The position numbers and the translations under genes were made by a program. Of a DNA stretch of 64,000 nt, positions 37,772-51,479 are shown piece after piece; the stretch's first letter is position 1; every line of letters starts with the position of its first letter. The stretch spans positions 80,724,001 to 80,788,000 of the forward strand of contig OZ024747.1 of the NCBI GenBank assembly GCA_964016885.1, read 5' to 3'. Source of the DNA: Eledone cirrhosa (Eukaryota). Below the pieces are notes generated by a model. That model was not told the origin of the DNA and made no database searches. It worked only from the letters and a program-made list of their open reading frames with translations.

Positions 37772-38925
37772 CAGGATCTTTCGCTCCCGTGGTACAGGTT
37801 TTTTGTGGATTTGGTTTTCTTAAGAGGAATATTTTTTGCACATATTTCTTCGATCTTGTTTAAGAATTTCTTGTGTTTATCTGGCCCAGTAAGGTAGAGA
37901 TCCCAGTCAATGATTTGTAATTGGTTGTTAATAGTTTCCCAATTTGCCTGGTGATAATCATACCTGCATAGCTTTGGCATGTCCTTTTGTTTAAGAGTTG
38001 TGGCATTGGGCTCATTACCAATGTGTAAATGCATTTCAATAATATTGTGGTCTGAAAGGATTGTTGGGGTTGAGTGAAGGTCAAATAGCGTGTCCTCGTT
38101 GTTGGTGAAAACCAAGTCGATCGTATTATTATTTCTAGTTGCTTCTGTCATCATTTGTTTGAGGTATAATTTCTCTGTGACTTCCAACAGTTTGGCTGCC
38201 TGTATTTGTTCAGCTTTTGTCCCCAGTTTTAGTATGTGTCCATGTGGCCAGATGATGTTAGGGAAGTTGAAGTCACCAAGGAGGATAATGTTTGGCATTG
38301 GACTCGCCATGTTTCCCAGAATTTGTTGGAGCTTTGTCAGTGGTTCAGTGAAGGATAATGTTGGGCTGTTTGGCGGTCTGTACATTATTGTTACAACTGT
38401 ATTAAGTTGGATGATTTTTATGCACAGCAGGTTGCAGTAGGCATTTGATTCATTGACAAGTTCTATGCATGCATAGGTATCATGGATATACATGATAACG
38501 CCCCCATGGGATCTGACTTGTCTATCACATCTGAAGATGTTGAATCCATTGATTGAGATTTCGCTGTTGCGGATGTTTTCGTTGAGATGACTTTCAGTAA
38601 TTCCAATTATTTTGGAGTTGTTTTCTGTTGCTAATTCTTCCAAGAAAGGGACTTTACACTGTTTTGTTTTCGGATAAAGACCCTGGATATTTGCTGTTAT
38701 TATGCTTGTTGTACCGGATACATCTGCCCTATTGTTGGCAAGACTGTTGTAGTTGCTGGGACTGTGCTGACTGGATATTTGGTCTGCTGGGCTGTCTGTA
38801 TTTGTTGTATGTGCCCTGTAAGTCCAGGTGTCAGCCTTTGTATCAATGTTGCCTGGTTTTGCTGAGTCATCTGTATGGAGTACAGCTGTTGTTGTAGTTG
38901 GTAGATTATGCCTAAAAAACTGCTT
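37771..38925 (-). CDS. LINE ORF2 APE endonuclease region, separated from RT by a 1-nt frameshift near 37799-37804
   Basis: ANIQGL, ITESHL, GGV, YRPP, GDFNFP, IDLVF, SDHN motifs. The frame is open from 38925. One extra base would join it to KPVPRERKILMRKRSR. Confidence 0.9.
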   Translation of the reverse strand, partial: KQFFRHNLPTTTTAVLHTDDSAKPGNIDTKADTWTYRAHTTNTDSPADQISSQHSPSNYNSLANNRADVSGTTSIITANIQGLYPKTKQCKVPFLEELATENNSKIIGITESHLNENIRNSEISINGFNIFRCDRQVRSHGGVIMYIHDTYACIELVNESNAYCNLLCIKIIQLNTVVTIMYRPPNSPTLSFTEPLTKLQQILGNMASPMPNIILLGDFNFPNIIWPHGHILKLGTKAEQIQAAKLLEVTEKLYLKQMMTEATRNNNTIDLVFTNNEDTLFDLHSTPTILSDHNIIEMHLHIGNEPNATTLKQKDMPKLCRYDYHQANWETINNQLQIIDWDLYLTGPDKHKKFLNKIEEICAKNIPLKKTKSTKNLYHGSERS

Positions 38926-39158
38926 TCATTCATTACTGTATCGAATTTCTGCGAGTTTGGGTTTGTTACAGCTGATGTGTGCAATTGAGTAGCATGATTT
39001 TCATTCACTGTTGAGCCATGTCCTGGTTTCTGCATTTTTGGGAAATGGTTTTCATACCCTGCTGAGCTTGGTCCTGGTGGTGTGGGTTCAGTAGTTTTTA
39101 TGCGAATTGTACCCTTCCGGTGCATAAATTTGCAATTCTCGTCAAAACATTCTTTTAT
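38700..39158 (-). CDS. LINE ORF1 C-terminal part
   Basis: Begins with the zinc-finger remnant CFDENCKFMH, followed by a Q/T/P-rich tail; overlaps ORF2. Confidence 0.75.
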   Translation of the reverse strand: MKECFDENCKFMHRKGTIRIKTTEPTPPGPSSAGYENHFPKMQKPGHGSTVNENHATQLHTSAVTNPNSQKFDTVMNESSFLGIIYQLQQQLYSIQMTQQNQATLIQRLTPGLTGHIQQIQTAQQTKYPVSTVPATTTVLPTIGQMYPVQQA

Positions 39159-39315
39159 TCTCTCTATATATATATATAATCACCAAATTTCACTTCAGAA
39201 AGGTTTAACAATAGAAATTTAGCGTGTGTATTGAAACGTTTATTTTTTATACAACTTCAATATTTTTGATAATGGAAACTTGGAAGACCACAGCCTATAT
39301 GAATACACACACTGG

Positions 39316-39366
<51 letters not shown>

Positions 39367-39492
39367 ATGCATGCACATGTATAAATGTACCTATACACGC
39401 TGTAAACCACTAAACAAAGTAGGTTATCTTCTACTATTAATCTACACAACAATGTTCTCTCTCTGTGTCTGTCTGTCTGTCTCTCTCTCTCT

Positions 39493-39561
<69 letters not shown>

Positions 39562-40406
39562 TCATATGCAATTACATCGTGGACGACACATTTTAGTCAC
39601 TCACACAACACACAAACTTGTTAATATCAGTTTGCATTGAATTCTAATTTCTTTTCTAAAAGTCAATATTCGTCGCAATTTTTGTTATGTGATTGCCAAC
39701 CAGTTCCCTGACAACTCATTTGAAACTTTACTGGCTTCATTCATTGGACAGTGCCTATGCTGCGGGCAATGCCATGATTTCAATAACATATAAATATTAG
39801 GAATGAGATAACGAAATACCACTCTCGAATATAGTTATTTATTTATTATCGAACGCGACACATTATTGAATGCTTCATTTGGTAATTAATAAACATTACA
39901 CACACACACATACACACACAGACACACACAGACGCACACAAACACACACACAGACACACAGACACACACACCCACAGACACACCCACACACACACAGACA
40001 CAGACACACAGACACACACACACACACACATACACAGACGCAGAGACACACACACGCAGATATATAAATATCTATATATGCCTCTGTGTGCGCGTGAATG
40101 AAATCACGGTGTTGTCCCAGCAAGGTTTCATTCTAATGATTGCAAACAATATATTTCAATATATTTCTTGACGATATTTTCAAGTGTCTCTTCATATTTG
40201 CTGTACTAATATATCATGTTGTATGTATGTAATATATATACATCGTTAACGGTGTAAAAGTACATATTATTACCTTGTGTAATTATACAAAATGATTGCT
40301 CTTTAAATGGATCGTCTTTGTGAACAATAATATCGCGAAGAAATCAACAACTCAGACAGTCTTGAATGTGTCGTTAAATTGTCAGGACAAATGAAATGCA
40401 ATGTCA

Positions 40407-40456
<50 letters not shown>

Positions 40457-40641
40457 TGTATGTATATATATCCAACATTAATTTAAGGGGGTCATGTCTG
40501 AAAGACATGCGCCATATCCACTGCAGAATATGCTCAAAGATTCCAATGAATAGATCAAGTTGATATATATATATTCTGTATATATATATATTTACATATA
40601 TGTGTGTGTATGTGTATCTATATCCCTATCTATCCATCCAA

Positions 40642-40744
<103 letters not shown>

Positions 40745-41770
40745 ATATTAATACTCTACAACGAAGTAGCTAACACATATAATGTTACAGACGTCTAATT
40801 AATTTATCAGTTTATTGATATAGTCTCATATTCACTCACATATACACGAACACACATATGTGTTTGCGTGCGTATGTCTGTTTTGCGTGTGTGTATTTTT
40901 AATATTGTAATGTTCATACAAAAGGATTTATCATTTTAACTTCCAAAATAGAAGAAAAAACAGGCAATAACAATAATTACATCGGCAACATCAACAATAT
41001 AATAGAAATCAAGTTTAAGAAATAATAAAAGAAACAAATACATGTTAATGAGATATTAATTAGTGCGACATACTGAGATAATTATGTCCAGAAGTTGATG
41101 GCGAGAAACATGACTTGGTTTCGATCGAAATAAGCAAGTAAAACAAGTCTTTAGTTGCACCTCTTCTGTTATGATCGTGTGTTGATGAAGAGAAAAACAA
41201 TGGCTAACGAACCGACTAATATGTGGAACGTTAGGTGTTTCCTACTCTCGTTTAATTAGGCACAGAGATAGTAATTAAATTCTCATCTTAATATATTAAT
41301 GCTGTAATTATACGTCGGCGGCGCATAAATAAAAATTCCAAAAGGAATGGAAAATTGAACAAACAACGAAATATTGTCAACATTAATATCTAGGCCTCAT
41401 AATTGTGTTTTAGCTGGGGAAGTACGTCCCATTTAAGGGGACTTGTTTAACAATAAAATATATATCAATATCTTATTTAGCCTTTCCTTCTGTCAACTAC
41501 GTATTTCCTCCAGTCACCACCAATCTCTAACATCATAACCCTCTAATAAACACTTATTTATTTTCTAATGCTATTGACATTAACAACAGATTCCTGAAAC
41601 CTACATTGCCCTACGCAGGAGATTAATTATAGTTAAGTTCACTATTTCTGAAATATTTTATAAAAATCGATTCCAGTCGCGTCTTACTGCAAGAAAGTAA
41701 AGATATTGAAAACACTCTTTTAAAGAGTTTTGTTTAATGTGTGATTTGATTAATATTTACCATATCACAT

Positions 41771-42108
41771 AATAATGATTTCTAGTATAGGCACAAGGCC
41801 AGTAATTTGGGGAGAGGGGGAAAGTCGATTAAATCGACCCAGTACGTTACTGGTGTGTTATTTTATCGACCTCGTAATGATGAAAGGCGAAGTTAACTTT
41901 GGCGCGATTTGAATCCATATCACATAATAATTGTTTCTAATTTTGGCACAAGGCCAGCCATTACCCAGTACATTACTGGTACTTTATTTTATCGACCCCG
42001 TAAGGATGAAAGGCAAAGTTAACTTCGGCGGGATTTGAACTCAGAATGGCAAGGGCCGTAACTCTATGCGTCAAAGTATGGCGTCCGACCCTCTACCGAT
42101 ACTGCCAA
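41771..42108 (-). mobile_element. Two adjacent SINE copies (41771-41915, 41925-42108)
   Basis: Match the 17881 family. Confidence 0.85.
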
Positions 42109-42539
42109 TATAAAAACAAAACAACAACCGTACAAGAACATCCATTGCACCACGACTCCGTTAATTGCGATTTTCGTCTGGTATCATTAATATAATTTAC
42201 ATTTAACTGTAAACAAGGGTCCTTGCTTCTTCGTTGTTTTAGATGAGACAGGTGGGAATATATGGAGGATCTGTTTCTGTGCGTATCAAGCCCGTTTTCT
42301 ATTGATACTATAAGTGTTAGTAAGGAGATATTATCATTTACTCCATAGGTATTCCTGTACTGTATTTCCGCATTAAAATTATTTATGTTTTCCTAGAACT
42401 TGTTGTGCCTGAGTAGTTTGAGCAAGTATGAGTGTTTATTTTAATCTGTTAAACATGTTTGTTATGTGATCTATTTTTCTTTTATTAATTGTTTCTGTTA
42501 AGCCCTCTTCAATGTTAATTCTAGTTGTTTTCTACTGAT

Positions 42540-42770
42540 GTATGCTTTTACTCTGCCAAGAAATCCCAGTGGAAGGAAGACGCAGTAGAGGAAGACCACG
42601 AAAAACATAGGCGGAGGTGGTGAGAGCTGACCTCAGACCGCTGAGGCTCACAGAGGAGTTGACAAAGGACCGTGACGAATGGAGAGATGCTGTGCTGAAT
42701 AGGACCCGTCCACCCTTGCAAGCAGGGAAAAGCGGACGTAAAATGATGATGATCATGATGATGATGATGT
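42540..42770 (+). mobile_element. RTE-type LINE 3' fragment
   Basis: VEGRRSRGRPRKT*...DL...DRDEWR followed by a (TGA)n tail. Confidence 0.8.
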
Positions 42771-43721
42771 AAAGTGTAGAAGTGAGGGTACGCTTTTATT
42801 GTGGCTGTGTATTTGGTTGAGCGTTTCTATGGAGCCTTCTGTCGTTTTCTGCGCATTTAAAATTTTCGTCCTTTCTTTGATTTTAAGTCGACACAGACGT
42901 AATCACCATGAACAGAAATATTAGGATCATAAGGCAAACTAACATAATATATGCAACAGTCACTTTTGTTACTATCGAAAGAGGATATCTTCTTAGATCT
43001 AAACAAAAAGTCTAGTAAAACCTACGCAGACAAGGAAATCAATGATAGATAAAAAGATAGAAAATAAAAGAAAAGGCCTCTCAATCTTAAATGAAATTGG
43101 AAAGAGAACAACTAGGAAAAAGAAAGAAAATGAAAGTGTTCAAGAAATTTAGTATGACAGAAACGAAAATCAGAGAAACTAAGGAATGCATAAAATAACA
43201 ATTAGTTCCTAATTTCCTAATTGTAGCTTTGTTGCTACGTTACCGCTCAGCCACTCAGGTCCATCGAACAGCTTTCTTTCACTCGTTTCTTAGAGAACGC
43301 GCCTTAGCTCTGCAATGAAAGCCTTCGTATTTCGCGTTGAAAAATTGATCTAGTGTTCTTCTCGTAGCTAGCACATCTAGTTTAGTTAGATACTAATCTC
43401 TTCCATTCTAATATTTCCTTTCGCATCTTCTTTACTAAAAGCTACCGACTCTGCTCTTATCGCTGTCTTGAGAGCGCCTCACTACCTGCTGTTGATAAAT
43501 GTCCCAGACAACCAGTGCTTAAATAATCTGCTAATCTGTAGGTTTTACACGCCGAGAACGACGCGTTAAACTTCCAATAACCGGGTTTGGTCCCTATCTA
43601 CGTGTTCTATCGAATTTGTCGTCTAATTAGACAACCGTTTGAAATTGTGGATAGCATATGTTAAATTTATCTGCTATCCTAACCAAAAATAATTGTTGCT
43701 TAGGTTGTTGTTTTAAAAGAC

Positions 43722-43838
43722 GGTGGATTATCAGAATTGTTATTTCATCGGGCAAATTACTTTGCGCTATATAGTTACTGCGTTCTGAGTTCGAATCCCG
43801 CCGGGGTCACTTTCATCTTTCCTCCTTCTGGAGTCGAC
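43722..43838 (+). mobile_element. Degenerate SINE, same family
   Basis: TCTGAGTTCGAATCCCGCCG. Confidence 0.65.
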
Positions 43839-45348
43839 GGTGATGATGATGGTGATGTTGTTGTTGTGCTTGTATTGCTTTTGTTGTTATTTTATGTATA
43901 ATTTCCACTATTAGATTAATTTTGTAAAAACTCTTTCATTATAGATGATCATTATGGTTTGTCTAATATAGTATTTATATATTAATTCTGCCCAGTTATA
44001 TACAATGTTACTTTTATAAATACTGTAAATTGTTTGATTCTTCATGAGAACCAATTTTCTGTACTTACTTACACGAGCTTGATTTGTATTTCAAACTAAT
44101 TTTGTAAAGCGTGATAATTCTTCAGATGTTGATTAACATAAATCTTACTTTAGAGGCAAATAAGTTAAGGATTCCTCTAAGATTATTATTATTGTTATTG
44201 TTGTTAATATTATCATTGTTATTGTTGTTATTGTAGCTGTTTAAGGTACTTTGTTTCAGTGTGTGTCAAAAGATCCGCTTTCACGCCGTAAATAATGTAA
44301 TATACCACACATTATTGAAAGACAAAACGAATTATGCATTCATTTCAAAGACACTTCCAAAATCAAATTCACATTCACACGTACGCACGCATCCTCTTTC
44401 TATCAACTCTACGTGTGTGTGTGTGCAAGTTTATTTATTTATTTATTCATTTATTTTTGTTAATTATTTCAAATACACCCTTACACACATATATTGTATC
44501 TCATTGTTCGTCACGTGGAATAAGGAGAACGGAAACCGGCATTTCTAAGATTTAATGTCATGTCGTTAGAAAGGTTATTTACATTATCAGAAAAAATGAA
44601 ACGAAAAGCGTGCAAAAATACGTTGCTGCTGTCTGCAGAGGATAGGCTACAGCGGATTGTTTATTGAACAGCACAAACCTGCTCTTACTCATTAAGTTAA
44701 TTACCTGCCGCAGGTCATAGAGCATTCCCTTTTCCACCTTTTCGTTCGGTCCGCGAATGTCAGTAGCAGTCAAGGTAAACTGTAAATCATACAAGGTGTA
44801 TTATTCTTCTGATTTATTATTATTTGTATCGTGCCTTGTTGCGAGTGTAAATCCTAGGCTAGTTAACTTTCTTAGCGTAGATTTTTGTTTTGTTATTCCA
44901 TGTAGGATAACTGTCCCACTTACATTTCTAAATCTTGAATCAATCGTGAGGGTCATAATTCACCATTGCTCTCTCTCTCTGCCTTATTCTGAAGCTTCAG
45001 TTTTACGCATATCATTATCAGTTTTACGCATAACATTATGTTTTACGCATATCATTATCAGGTAAAATACCTTGTGGTATTACGTTATGCCAATTAGATT
45101 CTATGATCCTATTCCGCAGAATTTTAGTATGATTTTTCTGTCGTTCTTTCCAATGTAAATTAAATAAATATCAATTAATTACTTCTATTGTTATATACTC
45201 GCCACAATAATTGTATGTCCTATACTTAAGTTATAACCCAGCATCATCATCATTGTAGTCATCGTTATGATCACTATCATTATCAATATCATCATCCTCA
45301 ACACCACCACCACCTCCACCACCATCATCATCATTATTATTATCTTTA

Positions 45349-45808
45349 GGGCGGTGTATTGGCAGTATCGGTAGAGGGTCAGACGCCATGCTTTGTAGCA
45401 CAGTTAAGTCCCTTTACGGACTGAGTTCAAATCCCGCTGAGGTTAACTTTGCCTTTCATCCTTACGGGGTCGATAAAATAAAGTACCAGTAATGTACTGA
45501 AATTGCTGGCCTTGTGCCCAAAATAGAAACAATTATTATTATGTTCTTCATCAGAATTGATGTTAATTCCTGGTTTAGTCAAGATAGCAGACCACATCCA
45601 GATATTATTATTATTATTATTAATGAGATGGATTGACAGTATGGGTAGAGCGTCGGGCTCATGTTACATAGCATAGAGTTGCGGCCCTTGAGTTCAAATC
45701 CCGCCGAGGTTAGCTTTGCTTTTCATCCTTATGGGGTCGATAAAATAAAGTACCAGTAATGTACTGGGTTATTGCTGGCCTTGTGCTAAATGTAGAAATA
45801 ATTATTAT
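45349..45808 (+). mobile_element. Two SINE copies (45349-45540, 45626-45808)
   Basis: Full-length matches to the family. Confidence 0.88.
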
Positions 45809-47187
45809 TATCTTTAATATTACTTTCTACTTATATAATATTATGAGATGTTTATGTAAACAGTCTGTTATTGTTATTCTTCAGAATATGTGTAGTGAGA
45901 CATTGCTTAGTGTTTGTTTTTGTACCTCATTGCCAATGTAGTAATCATTATTGGTGCCATTTGTATATTTTATTTCCATGTTGACCTCTATATATTTTAT
46001 ATGCTTTAAGTTATATACACCTTGAGAGCTTAAAGTCATCACTAACATCACATCCACCACCATCACCACCACAACCATTCTTCCTTCCTTTGTGATCGCT
46101 TAACCTCTTGTCTTTTTCTCTGTTATGTTTTATATGGTGGACAAGAATGGAAGAGAAGAGAACAGTTATTTTTTTTTCTACAGCCAAGTACTCATCAATT
46201 TTCACTTGGTGAGGAAGATATGTGCAGATGTGTCTCAAATTATTATCACACACTGCATACCTTGTCTACTATTACTATCTATTTTCGATTTTTATGTGTA
46301 TATATTTTATATTGCCGAATGGTACAACTACCTACCCAATCAAGTGTGTGTATACATTCAGTCTTTGCAAGGACGGCATAGTCAGAAATGAGAGATTGAT
46401 TTTCGTTTGCATAGGTTGCATTTTTTATTATTTCATTTTGGTATATTTTATGACTAGGCATTAATCTTACACAGCTAAAATCAATCTTTACGTTTCTGCT
46501 TTTACACCAGAGCATTTGATTCATTGCTGGATACATTTTGACTCACTTTACATTTCTCTCTCCAATCTTACAAGAATCAGACTATCTAAACCTTTCTTCT
46601 TCAGAGGAGATTTGTACATTATTATTTCCGTATATAGAAGGAAATTATATTTTGCATTTTCTTATATTTTCATGTTTCTTGTTATCAGTCTATAACATTG
46701 CTCCCTCACTTGTTCCATTATAATAATTGTCTAAATTTATCAAGAAGATTCATCCTTGTGTGCAGTTGCTATATTCTATCTAATCACCTTTAGGGTTGTG
46801 TGTTTAGTATGTAGTGTGCAGTTTTCTGATATATTTATCAGGCTCTACCTTTCATATGGTTTCCCTTTTATTCTATTGACGTTTTGGTTTAAGATATTGG
46901 TTTACGGTATTCAGGTTGTCTTTTTTTTAAATATCATTATCAATTTTCTAAAAATTTTCCTTCAATTCTTTAGACTATATATTATCAGTGCTATCTACTA
47001 CCAAGTACTTGATATAGTGATTCTCGTCCATTCTGTTTACTTTCCTGCCTAAACATATTTTATTAATTTTAGTATTATTCAATTTTCCACTTGATGCTGT
47101 AGCCTTGGAACATTTTCGTTTCTACATTAGTTTCAATTATTGAACTAGCTCGATAATAGAGCACCGCCTTCGAGGCTATTACTATTA

Positions 47188-47657
47188 CTAGCAGAAAAAC
47201 TACCCTTCGGGTGGTTTTTCTGCTAGCATGTGTAGTGTGCATATTGATATTATACGCAAGTATATATGCATGTAGATATGATACATCAAATAAAATCGTA
47301 ATTGACAATATACACAGAAATTGAACGACGACTGCGTTACACTGTCTTATGTAATCAGTAACGTAATCCATGATACATTACAAAAAGACGATATTATATA
47401 TAAACTGCATTAGGAGAAAATTAGTGACGGAAATATATGAATGTTTATTTAAGTGATCGCTAATTTGAAAATATTAAAGAAGTGAATCTTAAAATAACAA
47501 AATGATTTATATTTAATCAAGAATAACGAAATTTAGTTGATAAACTATGTAATTTTCATTCATTATTTATTCAAAGTAATCCAACTTATTTTACACACAG
47601 GATAACAAGATATATTCTGGACGCAGTCCCGCACTCCTTACTTTATTATAGTTTAGA
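47188..47657 (-). mobile_element. Non-autonomous Helitron
   Basis: A|TCTAAACTATAATAAAG ... CTAG|T termini, terminal hairpin at 47188-47226, no TSD; homologous to 19365-19877. Confidence 0.78.
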
Positions 47658-50157
47658 TATTAATACCAGTTATTGACTAATAATTATTTTATCTAGCTCG
47701 AATATATTTAGGTATTGTCTCATAGCTATCCTTTAATATTATTTCCATAAAAAAGGATGCTGTATAGTTTTTCCTTATATCATTGACAAATAGACTGCTG
47801 GTCTATAGAATTAGGAGTCCTTAGTGATTTGTTGTGAGAAATGTTATTTTACCTACCGGTGATTGTTTCTAGTAATTCACTGAATATTGTTGCGATAGCT
47901 TCAAGTCTTGAATAGCTTAATATAAAGGCGGGGTTTTATCAACTCTGGGACCTTTATTTCTTAGAATCACCAATAACGTGAATCGTGTTTATATCATTTT
48001 CTCACACATTTTACAATAGATTACTTTTATACGAGTTATTTTCACACATATATACACATACATATATATTTATGCGCGTGAGTATATTGTTTGTATGTGG
48101 GAATGAGAACAATTTGACATGTCATATCGATTTCTAACATAGGTACTAGACCTCAAATTTGATGAACAATTATTGTTGATTATTTTGGTTCCAATAGTTG
48201 AGAGATTCTTTACTTTATGATCCCCAGTGTAGTGGAAGATAAAGTTGACCTTAAAAGGAAATTGCCATTTGATACTGAAACCACAAATATTATAATAGTT
48301 TTACATATAATTGATTTGTATTTCCTATAGAAAGTTTCAAGACCTATTGTTCTGTCTATATTTGGAAACACTTTCCGTACTGTTTCGTTGAAGATATTTG
48401 AAACTTATGTAAGTTTCGCAGATAGGAAGGAAAGCTTTATTTTGTTACTGTTTCTCATTAGTCACTTCTATATATAAAAAAAAATGTATCTAGATAAAGG
48501 TTAGAAAAGTAATATAGTTCAGTCATGGGATCTGTTTCTAAGTTGTGTTACTTGTGTGTAACATTTGGGGATATGTTTTGTGTTTTTCAGTTGTTTTCTT
48601 TTGCGATGCGTATTCCAGTGACTGTCTAATGCCGATGCCTGATCCATTGACAATAAACTGGTTCACACAAAATAGGTCAATTCGATAAGCTTACAGTCAT
48701 TATATTGTATATTCCAATAAACCTTAGTATATTTGGCCTTTCTTTGATTATGGTGAAAATGTTGCTCTCTTGATAGCGAACTCCTAGCTTTCAAGAAGAA
48801 TTTGTTTAGATACCTTACATCAAATTTGGTCGGATTCTGTGTCGGTGTATTCCCTTTTGTCAGATAAAATTAAGTCTTGTAAAACATGGATATTTGGAGC
48901 GATAGATATTTGAAAATTATATTTTTAAACTTGAGAAATGATATTTTGTATTCATATACCAAAGAAGATGAGTTAATATTATATGTTGGTTCCCATGTAA
49001 CTATAAACCCATCCGTTTCTGTGATAATATTATTATACGTTTCTGTTTCGCCACATACTTAAATAATTACACGATTTCGTTAAGAGATATATTGCTGTCT
49101 ACCGGAATTAACATATTTAGTAGGATACATTTCCTTTGTCTCGCGTGTTATGCTCTTAAATCGTGTTTACTTCTACATTCTGAATTGTCGCATCTTCTTA
49201 GGTTTGTTCACACATACCTCTAGACTTGTAGCTTTTTTGTTGTTCTTACTAGTGAAATTCAGTTTTCGAAAGTAAACACTTACAGAAAAATATTACTGCT
49301 TCAGAATTATTTATACACCCAAAAGAAAAAGAAAGAAAGAGAATTACTTTAAATGGAATAGTTTGTTTGTGAAGAGTTGACGGTCCTATCTCCGCATCTT
49401 GAGTCTTTGATATAATCACTTGCAGTAACTATTCTTTTGTTAGACGATTTATAAATCTGATGTCGCCGTTGTAATTATCTGTAATTTTATTCAAACATCT
49501 CCATATTATCGCTTTAAATTTCACTACAGCACTAATAATTCTTTCTTTTCTATTAAGTTTCTTTAGTATATTTTCATAAGTATTTGGTGTGCGTTTGAAA
49601 GTCTCCTCAAAATATTTCAGAAATTTGTAGCTGCATTTTTCCTTGTCGAAAACATATTGGCTCCATGAATTTGTTGATTGCATATTGGCGATAATATTTC
49701 ATAACTGTTGGTTTTAGTGTAGTTTTTTTTATTGAAAATTCGGTGGTTGTTAATTTTGTTGGAACATCTTGATTCATTCATATCACACACACACACACAC
49801 ACATAAATATATATATATAAACACATACACACACATAATAATTGGTCAACACGCTATAGTGGAAAAAACCCACTATGCCATGCACCGGGAATGAACCTAA
49901 AGGTACGTGATTGTGAAGTGAACTACATACCAGCATGACCATTCCTGCAAACACACACACATATAAATACATACATCCCCCTCACTGTGATTTCGGAGGT
50001 TATTCTCTCCGAAATCATTAGACGTGTCCGTCGAACCTGTGGGTCCAGAATCAGACAGATCCACACAATGATCACGTCCCGAGCTGTCCGCCGGCGAAAC
50101 AATTGTAACACATAATAAATTGAGTTCAGATGCATCACTGATTTTTCGTTTTCTATT

Positions 50158-50198
<41 letters not shown>

Positions 50199-50202
<4 letters not shown>

Positions 50203-50285
50203 GTGTCCCAAAAAATTGAGTACCTGTACAAGCAATATTTATTAGAATCCTGTTGAAATGTGTATACATTTTTGGAGGACACTCA
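50199..50285. mobile_element. Tiny Tc1/mariner-type MITE
   Basis: TA|CAGAGTGTCCCAAAAAA ... TTTTTGGAGGACACTC imperfect TIRs. Confidence 0.55.
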
Positions 50286-50827
50286 CACATATAGATAGAT
50301 ATAATTTCCACTCAACGATGTAAATATTTTTACAGTTTAATAACGGAAACCTTTCGTGCGTAAAGATAACTCCTATTTTCATTTATTTATTTATTCAACT
50401 TATATTTTCGAGTTTGTTTGTTATTAGATCTGTTGTGAGTCTAACTTTGTACGGCTATCTACGTATTTCGCTTTCTCTTCTTTCCCAATCACACGTCATC
50501 TTTTCGCCATCTTTTCGCCCCCTTTCTTTGCTGAAATAATTGATTTTGAATGAATGCTAAGAATTTTAAAGGGGTCATTTGTCCGAAGGCATTAATTCTA
50601 AGAGTCACATGAAGTGTCCTAATATTGACATTGGATTCTAGATAACATTGTAATCTTTTTGCATTATAATTCAACTGACTGCTTTTTAAACACTACATGG
50701 ACATAAACAACCTTAAAAGACTATAATAAGAGTTGTTTATCCTATATTTATTTAAGTTTATTTACTTTTTGAAGACTTGTCTGTTTGATTACATTAAGGA
50801 ACTGTCTTGTAGTAGCAGTAGTAGTAC

Positions 50828-50863
<36 letters not shown>

Positions 50864-50934
50864 GGGTTGTGGTGATGGTAATAGCAGTATCATCAGCAGT
50901 AGTAGTAGCATCATCATTATACTTTATATTTGAA

Positions 50935-51205
50935 CGTGGTGGATAGCCAAGTCAGTAGTGAGTTGAACGAAATGCATTATGATATTTAGTATCAGTCTCT
51001 TCATACGTTTTGCTTTCAAATCCCGCCGAAATCAATGTTACCTTTTATGCCTTTCTTCCTTCCAAAGTTGATAAAATTAAGTACCAGTCAAGTATATTGT
51101 TTTCCTCGTGCCTAATTTAGAAAACCTTATTAAGGTTGATGCGTTTAATGAAACGTTAGAGCATCGGACGAAATGCTTTGTGGCATTTAGTTATGACAAT
51201 TACAT
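50935..51205 (+). mobile_element. Degenerate SINE copies
   Basis: TTCAAATCCCGCCG, GATAAAATTAAGTACCAG. Confidence 0.65.
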
Positions 51206-51213
51206 TCTATGTG

Positions 51214-51358
51214 AAGGCGCATGGCTTAGTGGTTAAAACATTGGGCTTGCAATCGAAAGGTTGTGAGTTCAATTCTCGGACCGGGTGATGTGTTGTTTCC
51301 TTGAGCAAGACACTTTATTTCACGTTGCTCCAGTTTACTCAGCTGTAGAAATGAGATG
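51214..51358 (+). mobile_element. tRNA-derived SINE (Meta/V-domain-like)
   Basis: A-box TGGCTTAGTGG, B-box GAGTTCAATTC, then CCTTGAGCAAGACACTT...TTGCTCCAGTTTACTCAGCTG. Confidence 0.8.
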
Positions 51359-51479
51359 AGAGGACCGGGATCCCTATCATTAAATCACCCAAGACACCTC
51401 CAACGAGATATGCCTAACAACAACATTACATTCTGAGTTCCAATCCTGCCAAGGACCACTGCTTCAGCCAATACCAGCT

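Larger units (their letters stand above)
35676..39160 (-). mobile_element. CR1/L2-group LINE, 5'-truncated within ORF1
   Basis: APE + RT ORF2, ORF1 remnant, (AATGA)n 3' tail at 35676-35697, (TA)n on both flanks. Confidence 0.95.

Noticed and set aside
35751-38897. Plus-strand ORFs over the LINE
   Set aside because: Antisense shadows of ORF1/ORF2.
51214-51285. tRNA gene
   Set aside because: Stems are broken and the sequence continues into a SINE body.
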